Shown: positions 51,598 through 64,000, numbered from the stretch's first letter. The stretch: 64,000 nt of DNA from Hemiscyllium ocellatum (GCF_020745735.1 NW_026867508.1:62001-126000); one strand, 5' to 3'. Made by a program: numbers and translations. Notes: generated by a model from the sequence alone, not told the origin.

Positions 51598-53920
51598 AAA
51601 ACCTTTCGAGTGACGCGGAAAATGGGCTCTGGCAAGAGCAAATAAAAAGAGGGTCCACAGAGGACATGTAATGGCCAACCAAAACTACAGTACAGGCTAA
51701 ATAATTTCGGTCCAGCGTCTTTAAAGCAGTTAGAATTGTGAATTAAGGAAGGTGGTTTCTGGAGGGTGGAAGTTTTAGTAAAAGACAGTTAGACATTTTG
51801 AGGTCGAAGTTGGAGGAGAGAGAGAAGGTGAAATGGAAGGGAAAAATAGAAGTTGTGATTTGGAGTGCTTGTAACGTGTGGAAGGCTGAGGCTGATATCA
51901 GACAAAGGATCAAGTAAAAGATAGATCAATTACGTGTACAAACATCAGCACACATGCAGACGCGTGGAAAACAACCAATTGAAACTGTACAGTGTCTGAT
52001 GTCTGTTTCAGATCCTGACCTTTATGACTGCCCTCTGAGACTTACAGCCCTCCTCCAAGGTTCGCCTGGCGAAGGTTGCCAGTCGGCAGCTGACACCTCA
52101 GGGTCTGCTGAATCACCGGTAGCATCTCGTACCCGCAACAGATTAAAGCAAGAAGCCCAAGAGGAGTAATAAATGGCCAGCCGCAAACGTCCATGCCAGA
52201 GCAGCCAACCCACAAGTAGAAAAGAACAACGATTTTAATGCTTTTGTTCCAGCACTGGCCACCGGCTGTAGGGAATCATTCCCAGTGCGAATGGACATGA
52301 CCAAAATAGCAATGTGTTGACAACGAGAAGATGAAACATCTTCTCGTTTCTTACGCGCCTCACTGAAGTCCATAATGCCCATAGTGGACTGAGACCACCT
52401 GAAGACATAACGGTGGCATAAATCACGCTGTATGAGGCACATCTGATGAACAGCTTCATCAATGGAATGAAGGATGAAATAGCGAAAAAGATAAAAGACA
52501 CATGTATTACTTGGGTCACGGGAAAGCTAAATTTGATAGAACAATATGCGATACATGCTGAAGGATGAGCGGAAATTGAAGATGGAAGAAGCATATAAAG
52601 CTCAGCTTACTATGATGCAGATGGTAGCCCAGACGTTGGATGGAGGTGCTGCAGAATAAAGAGAACAGAGGAGGCATTGGCAGCGGTAGATGTCGTGGCA
52701 ACTATGTTTGCAGAGCAGTGGACCACTGGGCGAGGCAGTGCCCGCAAAATCAGTCCCAATCGGCCCAGGAGGCTGGGCAGCAGAATGAGAGACAGGGGAA
52801 GGCTGAGGTGGAGGTGGGCAGCCCACAAGGTACAGGTAACCCTCTTTCCCTTGGCAATGAAGACTCGCTTGTGCTAATCTCTTCTACTAACCTTACGGGC
52901 ACTGAAAAATGTCCCAACCCCATATTGAGCGCTTAGATTGCAGAGCATGGACCATATATTCAGTGCAATGATGATGCATATAAGTCAATGCCTACCTCGA
53001 TATTATATGTGGAAAGTACACCAGTTACCTGTTTTGGAGATACAAGGGCATCCCTGAAATGTTTTGTAGTGACAATGGGACACCAACTGTCAATAATGCC
53101 TTACAGCAGATAAGCCATTATTTGTGACTAATCATGAGACAACACTGTGCCTACCAGCCAGCGAGCGGTGGGGCAGTGGAAAGAGAAAATGCTACTTTAA
53201 AAAATAAATTGACACAATATTGTGAGGAACCATAGGTGACATAGAAAAAGAAACTTCCGATTGTGCTTATGTATATAAGATCCAGGAGGAAAGGAAGAGC
53301 TAATCTTAGTCCATTGAGATTTTGTTTGATAGACCGCCCAATACAGGAATTGACCCAAGACATATGTTAAGACAGATAACAAGTCACTTTGAGGAATGAA
53401 CGTTGTGTTACTGTATGAACTCGTTACACTTTTGTCTGAAATGAAGAATCAAATGAAAGCAGCACTACCCCAACCAGCAAAAGGGAAGCTGCACGATCTA
53501 GAAAATGGAGACTGTATGGTAGTGAAAGACTTCAGGAGGAAAAACTGGAAAGCGAAGTGGTGGCTGGGACCGTTTCAAATGCTGAAGTCTGCAGTCGAGG
53601 GACAGCTTGTCTGTGCAGAAGTTTGTAAACATTCAAACTGGCCTTGTGAGCAGTCAATTTCAGATTTGAGCTGAGGAAAATATAAGAACAGCATGTCCAC
53701 AACAAAGGAATGACAAAATAACAAGTTGAATTTTCCCAGTCTTTGTCCTTGAGACCGTAATAAGAATGTTATAAGAAGAGTTTCTGAATTATGCTCAAGT
53801 GCTCTTTCACAAAGCAATTTTTCAAAGTGCTTTGGTCCCTCTGCATGCAGAGGTTAAAAATACTGAAGTTTTTTTTTCTCTTGCTAATAGTTGAGTCGAG
53901 TCAATTTAACTTCCACGACA
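50616..53920 (+). mobile_element. Internally deleted endogenous retrovirus (gamma/epsilon-like): 5' LTR 50616-51045, PBS-Pro-like ~51053, gag and integrase remnants, truncated 3' LTR ~53582-53920
   Basis: LTR TGTAA...CCACGACA at both ends; TGGGGGCTCGTC; WFLEGGSF (gag); NYVCRAVDHWARQC (decayed zinc knuckle); AYQPASGGAVERENATLKNKL and HDLENGDCMVVKDFRRKNW..WLGPFQ (integrase); flanks GGAAT/GGAAC are a possible 5-bp TSD. Confidence 0.85.
51555..51592. repeat. (GA)n microsatellite
   Basis: Perfect dinucleotide run. Confidence 0.95.
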
Positions 53921-54519
53921 GGAACCATTTTCCTTTCTTCATCCACGTTAGTGGAAAACCGATCTCAGAAGTCTGAACACTCATCAACATGTTCTTTTAC
54001 GAATCTCCTCAGTAAATATTTCGTACCTTATCTGGCATATTGAACGTGCCTGAAGATAGTGGGTACACTATATTTTGCCGTGCAAGTGGAATTTAATGTT
54101 ACAGTATTTCCTTAGTGAATGAATATGTTGCAGACTTCAATCTTTCCCATTCGTTCCTGTATGAAATAGGTAGAATGCATCAACAGTATACGAATAAATA
54201 TGATCAGTGAAACGCAAAATGGAGTTTTTTGTTCTGACTCACTGGATTGCACAACAATTACTGTTGGTAACGAAGCCAGCGTGTATATTGTATTGGTTTG
54301 GTTGTATACATCACACTTCTATTTTTACGCTTCAGGCATTTCACCAGTGACTCAACCCAGATTAGAGACAGTTTTCGCTTCCTCAGAGATTAAGAGGAGT
54401 TTCTTCGCTTGGCAACTGACTGGTATCAACGATTTAACGTCATCTGCGGACCAATCACTATTACTTGAGGAGTCTATCCTCTATATGGTTTTCTTCTGGT
54501 TCCTCTTATTTTGTGCTGT

Positions 54520-55260
54520 TTCCCATTTCGAGTGAAGTGGAGAAAGGTAAAGACAGGTAGTGATATGACCTGGTAAATGGGAGAAATGAATTTGGTTGTT
54601 GTCAGGCAGCAGTGGAAGTGTTAGGGAGGGGCTGGGAAGGGAGACGGGTGGACGAGAGGCAAGGTATTTACAATTGGATAAGTCAATTTGAGTCTTCTGG
54701 ACTCTAAACTGCATGGCGGAAGATGACGTGTTGTTCCTCTAATTTGTTCTGTCGTTTGTTTTGGTTGTGGAGGAGGTCAAGGAAGGTCATGTCATGTCAG
54801 ACAGAGACTGGTTGGGGGACTTGTAGTGGGTGGTGACTGGAAGGTTCAGCCAGTGCCTGAGGACCTAGCTGCAATGCTCGTTGAACTATTACCTATAACT
54901 TTATGATTGGTTTCCCCATTATAGATAAGACCACACTGGTACCACCTGATGCAGTTAACTAGATTGGAAGAGAGACATGTGAACCCCTGTGTCATCTGGA
55001 TGGACTGTTTTGGATACTGTTAGGTTTGACATCTTTTACATTTAAATGGTAAGGGACATGGGTGTTTAGGGTTTGGTGGGGAGAGTTGCACAAGCTAAGA
55101 TTGTCCCAGACTTTACGTTCACCCTGTTCTAAGCAAGAGAGGATGAAAGAAACCCCACGAACCACGACTGTCTCGCATGGGCCATTGAGATCATGAGAGC
55201 CACCAAAACAGCTAGTACTCTTCTTTGACCTCTTTATATATTTCCTTAACACCATTTGTC
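54520..55260 (-). mobile_element. Penelope-like element remnant
   Basis: Sequence resembles the 44-kb element type (decayed RT C-terminus); by-eye call only. Confidence 0.5.
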
Positions 55261-55269
55261 TCTGAATAA

Positions 55270-55900
55270 CCTCTAACGTTATCTGTCTCCCTATTTCCCT
55301 CTCTCTTGATTCTTCTTTCTCTCTTACACTATTTCCATCTCTCTCTCTCTCTGACAGCCCTTCCTTTTGTTTCCTTCCCTTACTGTTTTTCTTTCTTTGT
55401 GTGATTCACTGGCAGCCCATTCTTTGGAACCTGTCTCTTTCTACCTCATGGCCCCGTCTGTTTCTCTCTATTTTCGTCCCTGTCTCTCAGAGTGTGTGTG
55501 TGTGTGTGTCCTTGTCACTGTCTCTTTGACCCTGTCTGTTTTTTTTTCTTCTCTTTTCGTTGTCTGTCCCTTTTCTTGCTCGTTTTAATTTATCTTCCTC
55601 CCGGTCTTTTTCTTGTACTTTATTTCTTTTTGGTCTCCTTGTCCTTTTTGTCTTCTGCCTTTCTTCTCCTGCCACTTTTCTCTCTACCTTTTGTCTTCAG
55701 TATTGTCCCCTTTGCCCTTTTTTCGCCTGCTCTTCAGTTGGCGATCTGTTTCCCATTATGCCTGTTTTACCTTTTTGCCTTATTCCATCTGTTCACCTTT
55801 TCCCTCTAGTTTTTAATCTCTCCACCATTTCACCCCGCTGTTTTGTTTTATTTTACCCTCAGCCCTTTTTTATTCTCTTCCCTTTTCGTGCCATTTCACT
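55270..55900. repeat. CT-rich low-complexity tract
   Basis: Pyrimidine-rich plus strand; the ORFs here are compositional artefacts. Confidence 0.8.
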
Positions 55901-56697
55901 TTTCCCACTCTGCATTAATCTGCAGCCCACCCAATTGTACTCACCCCACCAATTTGTGCCCCCAAAATTCTGCAGCCTCCTGTAATATCGATGAAACATT
56001 TTGGGTATCATGAAAGGCACGAAATAAATAAATTGTTTTTATTCACTAAATTGAGAGTATTACTCTCTTTCAAAAAAGCAATTATAACTTTAAAGCTGTG
56101 TATTCAAATGAAAGGTATCAGATATCAGCGCGAATTCGAGGAACCATTGCAGATCTAGCCTTCAACTTTCTGTTTAACTGACGTACTTTTGCATTCAGTG
56201 TCGCTCTGGACGTTTTTGTTCATTTCTGAACAATTCATTTATGAGAAAATATCAAAGGTGAAGTTTTCAGAAATATTGATTATGACGATTATGTTACGTA
56301 ACTATTACAGAAAAATGAATGACGTTGAAGAAAATACCAACATATTTCCTCAATTTTAATCCATTTGAGAGTTAACTTGATCATTAACCTCTGTGCATCA
56401 CATTCAGTAGTTTGCACTTTCTTGCATTTATCCTTCAATACTTTTTTTCACTATTATGTCCTCCTGCAAGTATTATTACTATACTTACTTCTTCGATATT
56501 GCAGGCTTGCAAATATATTATTACTTCATCTCCAGCAGCACATCTAAATGTCTTCACTTATGACCATTTTTAACTTTTGTTGATCCATATTTTCTATTGT
56601 TTCTTGCCCTCATGCCTCACACACTCGGATTTTAGGAGTCCTGAATTAGTAGCAGTGATACTTCAAAATCAGCATAGTGCAGCTCCCATTCTACGCA

Positions 56698-57015
56698 GCA
56701 TTTTTGACGATTCACTATCGGTTTGCGAAGTATGTCCACTTGGTGGAGAGGGAGGTAGCAGTATCACAACTCTTGCAATTCTCACAGTCCTGGTGCGGAT
56801 TTTGTAGTCTCCTGTGATTGAAGTGGTGGTAATGTTGCCTTGATCGTCATTTCCTGTGACCGTCATCAGATGCTGAATTGTTTGATTCGGGAGCTGTCTT
56901 TGCCAATATATTTTCGTAAATGTGATAGGAATGGAACAGGTCATGGACACAATTCTAATTTTACTTCCCACAATCCGCAAAGGAAGTTGTTTTACTCCAT
57001 CTTCTCCAGTCAACT
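56698..57015 (-). pseudogene. Degenerate V-type exon, TCR-gamma-like
   Basis: Polypyrimidine tract plus CAG acceptor at 57016; GVKQLPLRIV..VSMTCSIP..KIYWQRQLPNQTIQHLMTV; after a frameshift DTAT(SLS)TKW in the position of DTATYYCAxW; no RSS found. Confidence 0.6.
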
Positions 57016-58019
57016 CTGCGGAGAACAGAGTGGTAAAAAGCAAGAGGATTCCACATATTTGAAACATAATCCAATACAAATAAAGGTCGATGAAAGCAGT
57101 TGTTCATTGAACGTCTGTCAAAAGCTGTGAAACTCTAAATAATAATTTTATTTATAAGAGGAATTTAGTTGAATAACTCGATCTTCACGTATTATTCGGA
57201 GTTGCCTTCTTGTTGAACTTACTGTAGAAGTTATTCTTGCTGCTTGTTTCTGTAACAGCTTTTTACACTGACAACTGTTCTCACTGTCTGTCAGATCATT
57301 GTACCACCACCTTTCAATTTCTTTCTTTATCATAGGTTCACAGTACACTGTAATAGCATGGGCATGTAATTACCAGGTGCAAATTCTCACCACTGACTCC
57401 AGTTCACGAGATATTGCTTAATGAAAACAGGCATAGTGTCCTTCCTAATGTAACAATGTGATGTGGTTGTACTCTGCATTTCAACGGCACTTCCAGTATA
57501 GAATTATTTCAGGATATCTTTCTCCCTGTTGAAACTGTAGTTTTATTCCATAGTGTGACTGCACTCCGTTTAATAAGAGAAGGGCACCGTACTATTCTGA
57601 AATATCGATTTACACGTTAAAATGGTATGCTTCATCTGACTGATTCGATGTGAATATTTATTTCTATTATGTACAACATGAAGAACAAAACTGACTGCAC
57701 ATTGCAGTAAATTCTTCCACAGGGGTCTGTGTAAGATCACTCACATTCTCTCTGCATATTTCTCTCTTTATCTCTCTCTCTCTCTCTGTCTCCCTCTCAC
57801 ACATACACAATTATACAAACACAGAGATACAAACCTTGTGAAATATTCTTCAAATAGCATTAATGCATTATTTTTACTGTTGATTATAACAAAGTTGAAC
57901 CCTGACATTTTTGGAGTACAGATGGGTGTACAAATAGTTTGGAAACTGAAAGGAAGTCGAGTAAAGCATATATAGGAGCAAACGTAAACCATGCGGCCCT
58001 TCCAGTCTGTTTCACCATT

Positions 58020-58570
58020 TGATATAGCTGATATTACGCTCAAACCCAAACTCCTGCCAACTCCCTGTAACCCTTGATATCCCTAGCAATAAATAACCTA
58101 TCTATCTCTATCCTAAATAAACCTAAAGACTTGGACTCCGCATCATCTTGTAGGATTTGATTAAACAGATTCACCACCCTTTTCCTGAACAAATTCCTCT
58201 TGAGTACAGTTCTTAAGGGTCATCTTTCTCTCTCAGGCTTTGCCCTCGCATCCCAGTCTCTCCATTAAGGACTCTCAGTATTCTGTAAATTTCCATAAGA
58301 GCCCTCTTATTGTTCTTAAATCCATTGAGTGGAGATTCAGGGTCCTAACCTGTTCCTCATATGACAAGCTCTTCATCACCTGAATCATTCTTGTAATCCT
58401 CCTCTGTATCCCATCCAAAGACAACACATCCTTTCATAGAGGCGGGGCACTAAAATATTAGCAATATTCAGAATTCGGTCTGACCACAGCCTTATATAAT
58501 GGAAGGAGTGCCGTACTCCTTTTGCATTGCAATTTCTAGAAATAAATGCTAACGTTACATTTGTTTTCCT
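58020..58570 (-). mobile_element. CR1 3' fragment
   Basis: YIRLWSDRILNI (YKTLVRPHLEY-like) remnant. Confidence 0.7.
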
Positions 58571-60094
58571 AATTGCCAACGTTTATAGTTGCTAAGCCAA
58601 ACATATATGCTTCTGTGTGCATGTACCATGTGTGTTTTGTATCTGTGTATTTCTATGTGTGCATCTTTTTATTTCTGTCTGTGTGTGTCTGTGTGTATTA
58701 GATATGCTGTTGAGGTATGTCTTTCTGTGTGTTTCTGTCTGTGTGTGCATGCTTGTGTATGGTTGTGTTTATATGTGTGACTATCACTGTGTGGCCATTT
58801 CTGCGCACTTTAGGAGTTTGGTGTGGAGCTCGAATGAATTCATTTGGAATTGTCTGTACCTGTTGCTAACTTCCAATTAAAATGGCATGATGGCACCACC
58901 TTGTGGCGAATTGAGGAGCTGCACAAGCGACAGGTGATTGACGAAGGATCCTGTATTCCAGGACTTCCCTTTGGAATTTTCTTCAGGGCTATATTTTGTG
59001 TTTTGGCGGGCAAGCGAACCTAAGCCTAAGGGCAATAGCTGCAAATGTGGAGACATGATTTAAGAGAGAAATGGGGGGAAACAATTCTCTCAGAATGTTG
59101 CATAACTTTGGATCTCCTTTCTTCAAAAGGCAGTGGTCTCTTTTCGAGTCGAGACACCTGCTGATTCTGACTGACCTCACAGTACCTGAGGGATGGACAT
59201 GTATAACTCTAACTTCAGTGCCAGAGATAAAGATGCTAATTCAGAGATAGACGGAAATTTTGTGAAACTGGGGAAATTACTGGAGTCATCCCTAAAGTGA
59301 ACTATTTTATCAGAGCCCTCCAGAATCAGGCTAATAAAATGCACAGACCAGGATTCTACATTTCACACGAATCAGAAATCGTTAAAATGAATAGATACTT
59401 GATTCTTTAACAACAATGCACTACCAGAACATCCTTGTGCACACATGAAAACTGACACAGATACGAAAAACAATACTCTACTGTTATGTATGGAAGGGAA
59501 AATACAGCTGGGCATTCAATGTCCTTGTCTCCAGTGCTCGCTGTGGTGACAAGTTTGGTCTGGTAGGACCTTCTGATCTCTCATATCCAGGTACTTTCGC
59601 ATTTTGGAAACAGCTCAATCATACTGACCACCTCTGTATTTCTCAAAGTTACCTGTGTGGAATGTTGTTGATGCTAGTTGAATGGTGATGTACGCTGCTA
59701 TGATTCCTGTGATGTAATCCCTGATGGTTTTCACCCTTGGTTTGGGTAGTGATGTAGAACCGCCAGAAGAGAGTGGATTGCACCATTTAAAATACATCAA
59801 AATCCATTCAACTGCACGCACCTCTGCCGCCCCCACCCCCATCTGATAAAATGTTGTCTATTGTACTTGGAACTGTAGACAAAAACACAGACATAAATAC
59901 ACGCAGAGGATTAACATTTAAAGAGGTGCACACTTTTTTTGTAATGGAGGTCTTGTTGGGAGTTCTTGAATGAAGGAGAAAAACCAGAGATGCATTTAGA
60001 TAAAAGGTCAAGGAGCCCTGAATCAGGATCATTTCCACAATATTGTCTAGCTGACTCGAATGGGCTTGCTGAAATCAACAAAAATAAACTGACA

Positions 60095-61090
60095 TAGATC
60101 ATAGAAAATTACAGTGCAGTACAGGCCTTCCTGTCCTCGATGGTACGCCAACCTATTGAACCAATCTGAAGCCTTTCCAACCTACATTATTCCATTCTCG
60201 TATATATGCCTTTCCAATGACCATTTAAATGCCCTCAAATTTGATGAGTCTAATATTGTTGCAGGCAGTATGTTCCCGGTCCCGAATACTCTCTGAGTAA
60301 AGAAATTATCTCTGAAATCTGATCAATATCTACCAACACCCTAACGCCAACCGAGGAAATTGGAACTCACTGACGAATTAGATATTCCTGTGATTATCTT
60401 ATAAGCCTCGATTAAGTCGCTTCTCAACCTTCTTCATTCGAACGAAAACAGCCTCAAGTCCCTCAGCTTCCTCCCAAGTCCTTCCATCCATAACAGGCAA
60501 TTTCCTCGTCAATCCTGTCTGATCCCTTTCCAGAGTTTTCACATCCTTCCGATCATGCGGTGACCAGAACTATAAGGAATACTCCAAATGTGGCTGCAAT
60601 AGAGTTTTGTGCAGCTGCAACATGATATCATGGTTCTGAAACTCAATTCCTGTACCAAAAAACAGCTAACACAACATATTCCTTCTGAACAACCCAATGA
60701 ACTTGGGTGGAAACTTTCAAGGTCTAGGTACCTGAACACCAAGACTTTCTTATCAGCTACACCACAAAGAATCTTATCATTAGCCCATTTCATGTATTCC
60801 TGTTACTGCTTCTAAAGTGATACGCCTCACACTTCTTTGTAACCTACAATATTCTTCGTCACTATCTACAACTCCACCGATATTAGTGTCATCCGCAAAT
60901 TTACTAACCCATCCTTATATGTCTTTATCCAAATCATTTATCTAAATGACAACATTGGACCCCAATCGTAACTGGACTCCAGGATGAATATTTCCCATCA
61001 ATCAACAAACAATGTCCTCTTTCAGCTAGCCAATTTCCGATCCAAAATGTTAAATCACCCCTACTCACATGCCTCGGTATTTTGTGCAGT
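60095..61090 (-). mobile_element. CR1 3' fragment
   Basis: LQLYKTL..PHLEY-like remnant; CATAGA tail. Confidence 0.75.
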
Positions 61091-61569
61091 AGCCGACCTT
61101 GAGAAACCTCATGAAACCTAATATCGTCAGGCTGTCAAACCTGGATTAAACTAATAGCAGAATCCATCTCCTGCAATCAGTTCTGAAAATACTTATGTGC
61201 CACTAAATTTGTGGACTTCGTGAAATCATTAATTGAAAAGCGTGCTGCACATTGTGTGCAACTTACGAATCGCAAAGCACACCAATGAAACTATGTTTGA
61301 TGGATGTTGACCTTAGGTTGCTCACCAACTGGTTGGTGTTCCTATCAATAGGAATTATGGACTTGGAATGAGAGTCAAACACTTCAGGAGAGATATCAGG
61401 TATCTTTTAGATGCACAACAGGTAATTAAGCTTTGAAACATACTTCGCAAATGTTTGTTGATCCCAGGTCAGTTGTTAGTGCTAAATTTGAGTTAGATAA
61501 ATTGTTTTTCAGTGAATATTTTAAAGGATACGATACAAAGGCTGGTAACTTGAATCGGTCCACACACCA

Positions 61570-62520
61570 GACATGATATCCATAAGACCATAAGACATAG
61601 GAACATAAATGAGACTATTCAGCCAACTGAATCTGTATTGAAATTCAATTATGGTACTTAAGTTTCTCAAACCCTTTCTCCCACTGACTACCTGTAACCC
61701 TTAATTCCTTTGATATTCAAGAGGTCATGTATCTCCATCTTAAATATACTCAATGACCGGCATCCACAGCCTTCTGCGAGAAAACAAATTCTCGGCTCTC
61801 TGAGATGTTCTTCTCTCTCCGTTCAAAGAGGTCTTCGCTTTACTGTAAGTCCATGCCCTCGGGTCTCTGTCATCAATGGAAGCATATTCCCAATATCCGC
61901 TGTGTCCAGGGCATTCAGTATTGTCTATGTTTACGTTAGATCCGAATTCATTCTTCTAACCTGCATCCAATACGAAAGCAGAATCCTCAAATTTCCTCAT
62001 ATGTTAAGGCGTGCATTCCTGGCACCATTCTCGTAAATCTTCCCTGAGCATACGCCAGTTTCAATATATAGTTTCTGAGATGGAGGGCTGAAAAATCCGC
62101 GCACTACCCATTGGAGAAAAGAAAGTTTAGGGGAGATTTGATAGAGGTGTACAAGATGATTAGATAGGGTTGACAGTGCGAACCTTTCTCCGCTAATGGA
62201 GTCAGCTGTTACTAGGGGACACAGCTTTAAATTAAGGGGTTGTAGGTATAGGACAGATGTTAGGGGTAGATTGTTTACTCAGCGGGTTGTGAGTTCATGG
62301 AATGCCCTGCCAGTAGCAGTGGTGGACTCTCCCTCGTTATGGTCATTTAAGCGGGCATTGGATAAGCATATGGAGGTTATTGGGCTAGTGTAGGTGAGGT
62401 AGGCCTCGGTCGGCGAAACATCGAGGGCCGAAGTGCCTGTACTGCGCTGTATTTTTCTATGTTCTATGTTCTATGTTCTATGTGCCCCAAATGTAGTCTG
62501 ACCAGAGCCTTGTAAGGCAT
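61570..62520 (-). mobile_element. Older CR1 (minus strand) with a young CR1 3' end (62105-62485, plus strand) nested in it
   Basis: CATAAGACCATAAGACATAG tail at 61575; inner ORF MESAVTRGHSFKLRG..KHMEVIGLV with (CTATGTT)n; host sequence resumes at ~62486. Confidence 0.8.
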
Positions 62521-62639
62521 GATGGAATATACTCAGGATGATGAATGGCTGACTCCTGTGGCTATGTTCCTGTGATAGAGAATTATACACACTGAGAGAC
62601 TCGGGATAGGAGAGAAACTGAAAGATTTTATTGTATTTT

Positions 62640-63539
62640 ATGGTTTAATGATAGATCAGGGTAGCGAAAGGGCATACAAACATTTTCTTTACTTCCTCAC
62701 GAAACTTGTTCTCGCATAGTACATAGGTGAACCCGTTAATGAAGAAACTTTAATAAATTAAGCACAATGCTCACCTCTTGGAAAATGTATTGTGGATCAT
62801 TGAAATTTAGATTGTTGTTCAAGCCCTTACCTATAACCCGCACGTGGACGACGTTTTCCACATACGTCACCCACAGGAGAAGGAAAGTCAGAGAGATAGC
62901 AAAAAGCAGGATAATGGATCTCCTACAGTTGGCCATTTCCTTGTCTCCACTGTCCTTGGTGCCTTGGAATGTCCTGCGGGCTTTGATGACTGCGAAGATG
63001 TGTCGTTCAGTCAAAACATTGAGTAAAGTAAATGAGGAAGAATGGGAGAAAGGGCGTTAAGATGCGTTCTAGTCAGTGATAGGCCTGCTAAGCAGGCAGG
63101 GTGTAATAGATGGACTTAATGTCACAGAACCAGGGGACTCCATCCACATCGAATAATGGTTGGCAGAAGAAATAATGCAGGAAATGTTTGATACAGCTCA
63201 TGGCACATACTGTTCCTATGACCACCGATGCAGTTTTCTCTGTGCAGCATCTAGCCTTCAAGCTCTGCCAGTAGATAGCATCTAAACGGTCGAATGTGAA
63301 GGCTGCTGTCAGGCAGACTGAGCCATCCTGGCTTACATAGATCAACACTGCACTGTGCGCACCGGCAGGGGTGGTAGACAGGACACTGTACCGGAAATAA
63401 ATGCTGAAAATGCGTTAGAATTTGATGGCCGTGAGGATGACAAGGAAATCAGACACCGCGATTGTCACCAGGTAGAAGCAAATGCATCAGGAGAGATTGC
63501 ACTGACCTCGGGATAGGATTGTGATCATGACTAAGCTGG
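62640..63539 (-). pseudogene. GPR139-like GPCR pseudogene exon 2 (exon 1 not found in the window)
   Basis: LVMITILSRGQCNLS*CICFYLV...QDGSVCLTAAFTFDRL...VDGVPWFCDIKSIYYT...RSIILLFAISLTFLLLW; at least 4 stops, a frameshift, and acceptor AG>GG at 63540-63541. Confidence 0.9.
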
Positions 63540-64000
63540 CCGTGACAGACAGAAGGACAAGGAGCTGTAACTGACAGCAGCCAAAACGGAGTCCCTTCCG
63601 GTTGTTTGTGCAATCCTGATCCATCAATTTGCCATCTCTATACTCCGATTACTCTCAATCAGTGAGAACTGTAGGAGATCAAATGCTGCAGTAAATATTT
63701 GTTGAGAACAGACTTACTCCAATCAGCACTGTTAACCTCTTCAGATCCGTGTTCTGTGTACCGTGTCAGGTCCCGTGGCGAACTATCCAACTCAACTCAC
63801 CTGAAAAATTTCCTCCCCATCCCCTATTCATATCAAGCCGAATAAATTAATGTCACTGACCTACCTTGGATTTCTATCCGAAAAACTCTCAGCCGTTTCG
63901 AGTTTATTCTTCGAATTTTCAAGTATTCCTATAATCTCACCATTCTCATCCTGTAGCATTCTACTAATTTCGGAGAGAGCATCTGAACTCAATTCCGAAC

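Noticed and set aside
54030-54440. NVPEDSG..FC and VTQP..WYQR motifs on the plus strand
   Set aside because: They occur in the wrong order for one V and each lacks the rest of the fold.
55367-55985. Several hydrophobic ORFs of 62-141 aa
   Set aside because: They are translations of CT-rich low-complexity DNA.
57090-57440. Possible second V relic (ESVVR..PG, LLQCTV, WWYN, RITSTVSSTRRQLRI..ED) or leader directly upstream of the gamma-like V, which would resemble a NAR-TCR-like tandem V
   Set aside because: It needs several frameshifts and has no YYC, no convincing RSS and no room for D/J. The alternative leader reading contains a stop and is not hydrophobic. A profile search is needed.
58768-58795. 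CACAGTG-12-ATAAACACA RSS-like site (minus strand)
   Set aside because: It lies in a TG-rich tract with no FGxG J segment or second RSS beside it; treated as cryptic or chance.
59615-59842. ORF with SGGSTS and TLFW resembling V sequence
   Set aside because: CAT/CAC-rich composition; no Cys pair and no RSS.
1-64000. D, J or C segments, tRNA/rRNA genes and CRISPR arrays
   Set aside because: None found: no FGxG exon with a proper 12-RSS, no paired RSSs around a short D, no spacer-repeat array.

Overview
Eukaryotic, repeat-rich DNA from a cartilaginous fish, most likely a shark (inferred from CR1 LINEs with (AGAACAT)n tails, HE1/V-SINE-like elements and Penelope-like tails). The window is part of a T-cell-receptor alpha/delta-like V-segment array. 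It holds two open, spliceable, RSS-flanked V genes on the minus strand (24.8-25.5 kb and 49.2-49.7 kb). Both have lost the canonical Ig-fold 1st-Cys (now Phe) and core Trp (now Leu). It also holds two plus-strand V pseudogenes facing those genes, a minus-strand V pseudogene at 8.3 kb, a TCR-gamma-like V relic at 56.7-57.0 kb and weaker V relics. Interleaved with the V segments, all on the minus strand, are four copies of a two-exon GPR139-like class A GPCR: one intact (322 aa) and three dead. The intact gene carries a 1266-bp tandem duplication that places a truncated copy of exon 2 upstream of the full one. A ~4.4-kb block (V-psi+, solo LTR, V-, ERV LTR) is duplicated ~24.3 kb apart. No D, J or C segments were found. 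All alignments and translations were done by eye and no database searches were run. Repeat boundaries are approximate.
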